From: an uncultured Lentisphaerales bacterium
GTDB taxonomy: Bacteria; Verrucomicrobiota; Lentisphaeria; JABSQK01; UBA12247
Direction: 5' to 3'
NCBI GenBank assembly: GCA_943788985.1
Contig: CALSSJ010000010.1
Span: forward strand, 1-64,000
Length of the DNA: 64,000 nt
The notes below the pieces were generated by a model. That model saw nothing but the letters and a program-made list of their open reading frames with translations, ran no database searches and was not told where the DNA came from. Below are positions 56,846-64,000 of this stretch, piece after piece. The first letter of the stretch is position 1, and every line of letters begins with the position of its first letter. The translations under genes were made by a program, and so were the position numbers.

Positions 56846-57352
56846 CTATAATGCAAGCGTATGGGTCTTACCGCGGGCGTTTTTGATCACGATTTGGTCG
56901 TTCCCGACAGCCGCAGTACTCAGCCAACGGGCGCCAGGATCTCCGCTAATTATAGGCTCCCCCGGAATGGGGCGCAGCAGAAAGTCAATGAATTCACTGG
57001 CAAGGTGTCTTTTTACCGAGCCATCGCGATCATGAATGATAATCACGCTATCGGTGAGTTTTGAGACCTGATGGTTGCCACGGATGTGGACGATGCGGTC
57101 GCCGCCCTCAAGGACATGGACGGTGCTGAAGAGACCACTGAAACCGATCAACTTCACCGACCACAGTGCCGTATCGCGCTTGCCAGCAGCGAACACCGTG
57201 ACGACGCCGTCGGTGTTACTCCGGCGCACGTCCACTGCCTTGCCTTTATCGGTAAGCCAGACTTCAGCGGGAGGCGGTGCAAACAAGCAGGCGCTGGCAT
57301 GCGGTACGGCGGCACTCAGAAAGATGGCGAGAAAGAGCAGGGCGGTTTTCAT
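56846..57352 (-). CDS. Hypothetical secreted protein
   Basis: Clear signal peptide MKTALLFLAIFLSAAVPHASA. Confidence 0.6.
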   Translation of the reverse strand: MKTALLFLAIFLSAAVPHASACLFAPPPAEVWLTDKGKAVDVRRSNTDGVVTVFAAGKRDTALWSVKLIGFSGLFSTVHVLEGGDRIVHIRGNHQVSKLTDSVIIIHDRDGSVKRHLASEFIDFLLRPIPGEPIISGDPGARWLSTAAVGNDQIVIKNARGKTHTLAL

Positions 57353-57605
57353 GGGGACGCTCCAGAAGATGGGTCATGCCTATTTTCTACACGTGGTGCT
57401 GAGAAATCTCACCAGCAAAGGGGAACTGCAGTCGGACGATGCCTGTTCCGTAGGTCTTTTCCAAGGGTCAGGCAGTTGCCCTGCGCCGAGGATGGAAAGG
57501 CCCGATGCGGTGATTCCTAGCGTTGAGTTCAGTTGTGGTCGCAGGGCCCGTAGAGCCAGGTAACGACGACTACCCCTCAGCAGTACTCCTGAGGGTATCG
57601 GTCAA

Positions 57606-59585
57606 TCAGTCCAGAATTGTGTCCAAGGGGCCAAGCCCGGGGTTTACATCCTGTGGGGCTTGGCGGCTAAAGAACCAATCGAAGGATTTGATCGGTGCGG
57701 TGTCCGCAGCACTGGGGATCGCCCGCTCGCCAGTTCGGTTCCACGTACGAATCACATTGATCGCATGGCTGTGTGCATGGGCGACTTCCATGTTGTACTC
57801 TAGGTCACCGAGCACGCGTCGCGCAGCAGCCGCACTGATCAACTTTCCGCTCCCCTCGAAGCGTCCAAGCTGATCCTGATAGCGCGAGAGAATCACAAGG
57901 TGGAGCATGTTGAAGCCCACCAAGTAGGTGGCCACGTGTTCGGGATCATAGCTGCGTTGGAGGAAGCGCCGGATCTCGGCAGAGATATTCTGGAGTTGGC
58001 CATCGTTTACGCCCTTGTGACGACTCAGCAGATCGTCGATCCTTTCGGCAAGTTGGGGCGGGACCGCGAGCGCGCGCAGGTAGCGCACGACTTCCTTGCG
58101 GAGCGCTTCCATGGCCTCCGGCTGAGTCTTGCCCGAGCGCGCCAACATTTCAGCCGTGATGAAGTACTCGGCGAGCTTGCTGCCGAGGACAAAGGACAGG
58201 ACGCGCGGCGGCTCGTTCTGCAGGGTGCGGATCTCACTGGTGATCGCCTCCAGCTTCTTGACGACTTCGCTGAGGTAGCCATGCTCAGAGTTCGCAGTTA
58301 GCATCCGGGAGACCGGGCCAAAATCCAAGTCTGCCATCTCGTTCTGCATCAAGCCAAAGCGGGTAGTCAACTCGCGCGCCCAGAGGTTGTTATCGCCAGC
58401 GGTCATCAGCGAGATCGGGCTGCGATACTGCCTGCGAAACCGCTCCATGGCCCGGCTCGTTCCCAAGGCATAGCCAAGCGTGCCCTGGTGGCGATGATAA
58501 TGCAGCTTCCAGTTCTGCCCGTCGCTCCGGGCAATGTAGAAGGCGTCGCGTACCCGCGCGCCATTGTCGATTGCTTCAAGCTGCTCGAACGGACTCGCTA
58601 GCTCCCCGGCGCACATGGTGACACCGAGAACGCTCGCCGGATCGGAGACCGTCAGCTCAGCTGCGATCGAAAAGACGTGCGGTTCGCGCATGTCTAAGCC
58701 GGTGATGGCATAGTCCTTGATGCGTACCGGCGTACGCTCAAAAGCTGCCGCATCCACATGCACCCCCTCCAACTCCACCAGGCTGTCACGATGCGCCGCC
58801 AAGTTGCCGTTGGACCAGGCGGAGAGGATGCGATCCAGGGTGGCGACGGCCATCAGCGCCCGGGAGATCCGGTCCTGCCCCGTTGTCAGAAAGGTGGGAG
58901 CTAGCACCTCCATCGGCCCACGTGCCTCGGCCTCCTCAAGCTTCCTGGCGATCTCCGGTAATACCATGTCAGGCCGAATACCTAGGGAGGGGCGTTGCTG
59001 TAAGCGAGCGAGCAAAGCCACGATCTCAATGGTCGCGGGCAACCCGGGCTGCACCTTCTTGGTCGTCTCCTGCCACTCTCTGCGGGCTCTGGCGTGCTCA
59101 AGCAGGACGCCGAGTGGCTCCAACGCGGTCGGGGCCACAAGCTGAAGCCGCTTGCCATCGCTGCGCCACGTCAGCCGGCCAAGTTGTGAGGCGGTTTTGC
59201 TGTAAGCTGCCAGCATCGTCGGCGACAGGCGGTCATCGCGCACCAGATAGTTAAAAGCCGTCGATGCCGGGTCCGACAACGTGAGCCGGTAGTCGGCCGC
59301 CCACGTTTCTGCATCCACCTGACGCACCTGTAGCACGGCGATGTCGTGGATCAACAGCGGCCCGCCTACGGCATCGCCCAAGCCGAGCGCAGAATAGGTC
59401 TGCAGGTAGCCTTTGTCGTTGTTGGCAATCGCCAGAAACAACCCGTGCGCTTGGGTCGCCAACGTCCGTTCGATGGTGCTTGCGGCATCCTCCGCCTGTG
59501 GTGCCTCATCACGGCCACAGCCGCAAACCAGAAGCACCGCGATCATAACGGACAGGAGTAAGAATTGCGGAGATTTCCCGGTCAC
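57606..59585 (-). CDS. Hypothetical lipoprotein with an internal duplication
   Basis: Lipobox-like LVCGC; two related segments containing LT(L/V)SDPAS. Confidence 0.7.
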   Translation of the reverse strand: MTGKSPQFLLLSVMIAVLLVCGCGRDEAPQAEDAASTIERTLATQAHGLFLAIANNDKGYLQTYSALGLGDAVGGPLLIHDIAVLQVRQVDAETWAADYRLTLSDPASTAFNYLVRDDRLSPTMLAAYSKTASQLGRLTWRSDGKRLQLVAPTALEPLGVLLEHARARREWQETTKKVQPGLPATIEIVALLARLQQRPSLGIRPDMVLPEIARKLEEAEARGPMEVLAPTFLTTGQDRISRALMAVATLDRILSAWSNGNLAAHRDSLVELEGVHVDAAAFERTPVRIKDYAITGLDMREPHVFSIAAELTVSDPASVLGVTMCAGELASPFEQLEAIDNGARVRDAFYIARSDGQNWKLHYHRHQGTLGYALGTSRAMERFRRQYRSPISLMTAGDNNLWARELTTRFGLMQNEMADLDFGPVSRMLTANSEHGYLSEVVKKLEAITSEIRTLQNEPPRVLSFVLGSKLAEYFITAEMLARSGKTQPEAMEALRKEVVRYLRALAVPPQLAERIDDLLSRHKGVNDGQLQNISAEIRRFLQRSYDPEHVATYLVGFNMLHLVILSRYQDQLGRFEGSGKLISAAAARRVLGDLEYNMEVAHAHSHAINVIRTWNRTGERAIPSAADTAPIKSFDWFFSRQAPQDVNPGLGPLDTILD

Positions 59586-59663
59586 ATATACCTCATCACT
59601 GGGCGGCTTCGCTGGATCATTATACCCACGGCAAAACCTGCGCCATGGGCACCCTTAGAACGC

Positions 59664-60809
59664 CTACTTTACGTACATTCCCAGCACACGCTTGGTGTTT
59701 ACAAGTTTCTCTTTCTCCGGATAGTTCGGATATTTGACGACAAACTCGTCGATCAGCTTAATTGCCTTGGCGGCATTTGCACCGCGCTGGTCTTTGAGAT
59801 TCTTGTTTTTGACGTTTTTGATCACGGCCTTGATCGCTGCGTAGGCGCTGTCTGCATCGCTCGCTGGGGCTGCCGCAGGCGCTGCTGGGGCTACTGCTGT
59901 CGCTGGCGTTGTCGCCGCTGCAGGCGCAGGCTTCTTATTGCCGCTCGAGGAGAGCCACGCAACGCCAAGGGCGAGAATCACAACCGCACCCACGATCAGG
60001 ACAATGAACATCTTCTTGGACTTCTTCTCGTCCTCAGACGGTTCGGTGGTCGCGTGCGTGGCGTGAATTGAATGCGGCCGGGATGCAGTCGTTCTTGCGC
60101 CGGGCTTCGTGGCAGTGCGACTCCTGGCCTTTACTCGCGCACTCTTGCTCCTGCCACCAGCCGCTGCGCCCTTACCGGCACCCGCTTTAGCCCTGGCTAC
60201 CGCTTTAGCCTTGGCCACGGCCTTAGTCCGTGCCTCCGCGCCAGGATCTGTCTCCGCGCTGTCATCTTCAGCCCCAATCAGCGGTTCTTTAGCGGCGGGC
60301 TTCTTCTTCACGGTCCCAGTCGCAGCAAGCTTTTTCTTTGCGGCCGTACCGCTGCCTGGTTTTCTTCTTGCCCCCGTAGCGGCGGGCTTCTTCCTTGCGG
60401 ATCCTGTAGGACCTGGCTTCTTCGCCTTCGGTGCGGGCGCAATTGCGGTGGCTTGCTCCTCTTCTTTTTCTTCCTCAGCGAGGGCAGGCGCTGCCTCCTC
60501 ATCCGAATCTAGAAAGTCGCTAGGAAGATCCAGCTCAGCAAGAGCTTCGGCCTCTATCTGGCGTAAAGTCTCTTCATCCAGCTCAAAATCAGCGTCTCCG
60601 CCCCCAGAAGCGGCGTCCTCTTCCACAGCATCCGACGCCGGTTCCGCATCATTGCCGTCCAGATCCAAATCGCTGAGGTCGATAGAATCCAAATCAGCGT
60701 CATCCAAATCTAGGCCGAATTCATCCAATCCGAGCTCGGCAGCAGCCTGCCGCTTGGCTTCCGCTTCGATCTCTCGAAGGGTCTCAGGGTCTAGTTCGTA
60801 GTCACTCAT
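59664..60809 (-). CDS. Low-complexity single-pass membrane protein (acidic N-terminus, Lys/Ala-rich middle)
   Basis: Composition, one TM helix, small C-terminal helical domain. Confidence 0.75.
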   Translation of the reverse strand: MSDYELDPETLREIEAEAKRQAAAELGLDEFGLDLDDADLDSIDLSDLDLDGNDAEPASDAVEEDAASGGGDADFELDEETLRQIEAEALAELDLPSDFLDSDEEAAPALAEEEKEEEQATAIAPAPKAKKPGPTGSARKKPAATGARRKPGSGTAAKKKLAATGTVKKKPAAKEPLIGAEDDSAETDPGAEARTKAVAKAKAVARAKAGAGKGAAAGGRSKSARVKARSRTATKPGARTTASRPHSIHATHATTEPSEDEKKSKKMFIVLIVGAVVILALGVAWLSSSGNKKPAPAAATTPATAVAPAAPAAAPASDADSAYAAIKAVIKNVKNKNLKDQRGANAAKAIKLIDEFVVKYPNYPEKEKLVNTKRVLGMYVK

Positions 60810-60981
60810 GGTACTTCCATAATCGAGATTCGATTCGTTACCTATAGCTCGAATCGGGCCGATTGACACTGGAGTTTACCGATGCTACACAGGGCCTTCC
60901 CGCGCTGGTGATCTTTGCAGGGCTCGCGGGGTCTACCATGTTCAACACTTCAGTACCACCTATTCACAGTAGGAGCCCACC

Positions 60982-61647
60982 GTGATCGGGATTCCTCAGC
61001 CCTCAGCCAAAGATTTGCGCTTTACGATCTTCGGCATTCGCGTGCGCGTCAACATCCTGTTTTGGGTGATCGCATTGCTGTTCGCCTGGGATATTGGCCG
61101 GGGTGATCAACGGGGCCTGCTCGTTGGCTTGTTCGTCGTCTTCATTTCCATCCTTGGCCATGAACTTGGGCACGCGCTGGTGTCAAAAAAATACGGGGGC
61201 TGTCCGCGTGAGATCGTGCTGCACATCATGGGCGGCCATGCCATCTCGGAGCGCCAGCTACCGAGGAACAAGCGACTGCTCGGGATCGCCGCTGGGCCGG
61301 GCTTTAACCTTGCCCTTGCCCTCATCGCCTTCTTGATCTATCCGTATGTACAAGGCACCAATCTGGCAAAAATCTCGCAATTCACATTCTGGGTGAACTT
61401 GGTCTGGGGCGTGTTCAACTTGGCTCCGGTGCTTCCCCTAGACGGCGGCATGTTGGTTGAGACCTTTCTCGAAGGCCAGGTCTCGAATCCCAGCTATCGG
61501 GCGTTGCGCGTCAGCGTTTACGCGGGCATCGTCTGCGCCATCCTAGCGCTGTGGGCTGGCTTTGTCTTTGGCACGATGATTTATGGTATGATGGCTTATA
61601 TGGCACACCAACAAACACGCCTGCCGCCAAGACCCGCTTGGCGTTAA
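60982..61647 (+). CDS. Site-2 protease (M50 family)
   Basis: HELGH, AAGP..N and FNLAPVLPLDGG motifs. Confidence 0.9.
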   Translation: MIGIPQPSAKDLRFTIFGIRVRVNILFWVIALLFAWDIGRGDQRGLLVGLFVVFISILGHELGHALVSKKYGGCPREIVLHIMGGHAISERQLPRNKRLLGIAAGPGFNLALALIAFLIYPYVQGTNLAKISQFTFWVNLVWGVFNLAPVLPLDGGMLVETFLEGQVSNPSYRALRVSVYAGIVCAILALWAGFVFGTMIYGMMAYMAHQQTRLPPRPAWR

Positions 61648-61660
61648 GAAGCCCCGACTT

Positions 61661-61675
61661 TTGCGAACTCCGCAA
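61661..61675 (+). repeat. Iterated motif TTGCGAACTCCGCAA, copy 9
   Basis: Exact 15-mer, intergenic. Confidence 0.9.
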
Positions 61676-61698
61676 CTCCCACACTCTTCGAGACCCAC

Positions 61699-61881
61699 AT
61701 GACGCGTCGCCTTCTCCTATTTCTGGCTGTAGCCCTCTTGGTATCTGGTTGCGTAGTTCGCACCACGCGCCGCACACCGACCATTGACGAACTCGGCAAC
61801 AATCGCGCTAGAATCGGACCGGATGGTCGTATTGAGGAATCAGAGATCATCTGGCTCTGGGGATCAGAGAAGAAGAAGTGA
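61699..61881 (+). CDS. Small lipoprotein
   Basis: MTRR, hydrophobic core and LVSGC lipobox; overlaps the next gene (GTGA). Confidence 0.65.
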   Translation: MTRRLLLFLAVALLVSGCVVRTTRRTPTIDELGNNRARIGPDGRIEESEIIWLWGSEKKK

Positions 61882-62492
61882 CCCACCCGCCCACCGACCC
61901 GGATCTTCCCATCCGCCAGGCTGTCCTAGTGGCCATCGACTTCGAGGCGACTGGCAGTGTCCCGGGCTATGACAATGAGCCGTGGCAAATCGGTATGGTC
62001 CGCATGCGCGAGGGCTGCGTCGAGATCTCTGACATCTTCGAGTCGTACCTCCAAGTCGGTGAGCGCCCGTTCAATCCCTACGCGCCGGGCAATCACCATG
62101 CCTTGCGCGACACACTTGCCGCCGCACCGACCCTTTCCTCCTTGTGGGGGGAGCTTGGACGGCCTTGGCTCTCTGGCCCCTTGGTCGCCCATAACGCTGG
62201 CACCGAGCGGGGCCTATTGCAACCCGTGGCCCCGTTGCATGACTTTGGCCCCTGGCTGGACACCTTGCGGCTGACGCGGCTGGCCTACCCGGACCTGGCC
62301 TCGCACGCATTGCAGGATGTCATCGACGCACTCGGGCTGGCGGACAGGCTGGCAGAGCTATGCCCAGGCAGGTCCGCTCACGACGCCCTTTACGATGCCG
62401 TTGGCTCCGCGCTTATTCTGGAGCAGCTTCTCGCCCACCCTGCCTGGAAGCAGCTTACCTTTCGCCAGGCTGCCGCCCGCTGGAAACGTTAG
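61878..62492 (+). CDS. DEDDh 3'-5' exonuclease
   Basis: IDFEATG, VAHNA, DTL and HDALYDA motifs. Confidence 0.88.
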   Translation: MTHPPTDPDLPIRQAVLVAIDFEATGSVPGYDNEPWQIGMVRMREGCVEISDIFESYLQVGERPFNPYAPGNHHALRDTLAAAPTLSSLWGELGRPWLSGPLVAHNAGTERGLLQPVAPLHDFGPWLDTLRLTRLAYPDLASHALQDVIDALGLADRLAELCPGRSAHDALYDAVGSALILEQLLAHPAWKQLTFRQAAARWKR

Positions 62493-62517
62493 CTGCCTGT
62501 CGCCCAGACGATCCGTG

Positions 62518-62532
62518 TTGCGGAGTTCGCAA
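62518..62532 (-). repeat. Iterated motif TTGCGAACTCCGCAA, copy 10 (reverse orientation)
   Basis: TTGCGGAGTTCGCAA on the plus strand, intergenic. Confidence 0.9.
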
Positions 62533-62582
62533 CGCAACGTACGGTGACGGCGTTCGTACAGTTCCATGAAATCGGTACCTTC

Positions 62583-64000
62583 ATGATTCGGCGCTTTTTT
62601 CCCGCGGTCCTCGCTGCACTTCTCCTGACTGGCCCAGCCAGCGGCCAACAACAGATCACCCTGGAGCCCATGGTTGGCCTGTGGGTGCTCAATGACACCG
62701 GGGTCGAGCAAGTCCTCGCAACTCTTAGGCAGGAGCAAAAGGACGACAGCGAGATTTCCTTTGCCCGGGAAGTCATGACCCGCATGATGAAATCCACAAC
62801 CTATGAGATTCAACCTCGGGCGATCATTGCCCTGATGAACGGCAAGCGCCATGTGCTGCAGGTCGAATCAATCTCAAAAGAGGGCCCGCGCTACACACTC
62901 ATGCTCGACGGCAACCATTCCATCGAACTGACCTGGAATGATCCCATCGTACTGTTCAAGCAACAGAGACAGGCATTCGGCCTGCCGCTTTCGCAGTTGA
63001 GCGGCCACGCGCTGCGCGAGCGCGAGCAGGCGATCGCCGAAGCCTTCCAGCGGGCGATCGAAGGGCCGAGCGATCAGATGCCGCCCTTGCAGCGCATCAT
63101 GTGGCTGCTTAATACCGAGCTCGCAGTCGTAGAGAAAAAGCTCGCCATGACGCCAGCATGGGCGAAGCTACAAGGAGCGGCAAATCGCACGGCATTGCAC
63201 TACGCCGCCCAGCACAACAAGCCAAGCTTGGTAAAGCTACTGCTTAGCTCCGGTGCCGATCCAACCCAGACTGACGACAATGGCCGGATTGCGTTGCATG
63301 ACGCGGTCTCTGGACCCGGCCCGCGATCCTTGGAATCCATCGAGCTGCTGCTCGCCGCTGGAAGTGACCTCAACGCAGTTGATCGATTTCGCCGCACGCC
63401 GGTCACCCAAGTCCAGAACCCCGACGTTCTTAAGCTCCTGCTGCAGAAAGGTGTCGAGACAGACCCTGTTGCCCTCCGCCCTGCCCTGGAAAACGCGCTG
63501 CGCGCCGAAAACTTCGCGCTCATCCAGCAGGTCCTCGACGCCGGGGTCAACATCAATGCAGTGTTGGATTCCAGACAGGACACGCTGCTGCACCGCGCAG
63601 CCGCACAGGACAACGTCGCAGCCGTGCGCTGGCTCCTTAAGCAGGGAGCCGACCCGCAGCCAGCGGGCAAGGACGGCTTCGTACCACTGTCCTACGCCGC
63701 GCGAAACCAAGGGCTGGCCTGTCTGAGCGCACTCCTGGAGGCAGGCGCTCTGCCCGATGGGCAACCGGGTGCCGCGTACAGCCCGCTTCATCTGGCAGCG
63801 TCATCCGGCAAGCCGGAGGCAGTCTCGCTGCTACTGCAAGCCGGGGCAGACGCCAATCTCCAACCCAAGACTCCGACCGACCAGATCGGAGCCACTGCCT
63901 TGCTCCTCGCTGTAGAGGAGCAACAGGTGGAATGTGTGAAACTGTTGCTAGCCGCTGGGGCCAAGCCAGAACAGATCTGCTCCAGGCTTCAAACGCCCAT
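62583..64000 (+). CDS. Secreted ankyrin-repeat protein, running off the window end
   Basis: Not in the ORF track; manual translation gives MIRRFFPAVLAALLLTGPASG...TALHYAA...LLLSSGAD...ALHDA...PLHLAA...LLLQAGAD. Confidence 0.85.
   Translation, partial: MIRRFFPAVLAALLLTGPASGQQQITLEPMVGLWVLNDTGVEQVLATLRQEQKDDSEISFAREVMTRMMKSTTYEIQPRAIIALMNGKRHVLQVESISKEGPRYTLMLDGNHSIELTWNDPIVLFKQQRQAFGLPLSQLSGHALREREQAIAEAFQRAIEGPSDQMPPLQRIMWLLNTELAVVEKKLAMTPAWAKLQGAANRTALHYAAQHNKPSLVKLLLSSGADPTQTDDNGRIALHDAVSGPGPRSLESIELLLAAGSDLNAVDRFRRTPVTQVQNPDVLKLLLQKGVETDPVALRPALENALRAENFALIQQVLDAGVNINAVLDSRQDTLLHRAAAQDNVAAVRWLLKQGADPQPAGKDGFVPLSYAARNQGLACLSALLEAGALPDGQPGAAYSPLHLAASSGKPEAVSLLLQAGADANLQPKTPTDQIGATALLLAVEEQQVECVKLLLAAGAKPEQICSRLQTP

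Overview
GC-rich bacterial chromosomal DNA. The gene content (several Cys-type sulfatases and glycoside hydrolases, a dnaK-groES-groEL operon, cimA, TPR membrane proteins) suggests a PVC-superphylum organism such as Lentisphaerae/Kiritimatiellae; this is inference only. Housekeeping blocks lie at both ends: tRNA-Glu, ahpC, tgt, yaaA, hom, cimA, nadC, dtd and valS on the left; groEL, groES, dnaK, a sigma-70 factor, HDAC, aroD and an ABC-F on the right. Between them is an accessory region (about 20.5-47 kb) with a sulfated-glycan utilisation cluster, toxin-antitoxin modules and many gene relics. The most striking unexplained signal is a 15-bp quasi-palindrome, TTGCG-AACTC-CGCAA. Its 13-bp core occurs 10 times exactly, plus about 10 near-variants, inside genes in five different reading frames and in intergenic DNA. 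Nine of the 10 exact copies share one orientation. It is a candidate genome-wide DNA signal (chromosome-organisation or DNA-uptake type). Also notable are a consensus sigma-54 promoter with an upstream perfect palindrome in front of the chaperone operon, and several single-base frameshifts that may be assembly errors. All counts come from manual reading.
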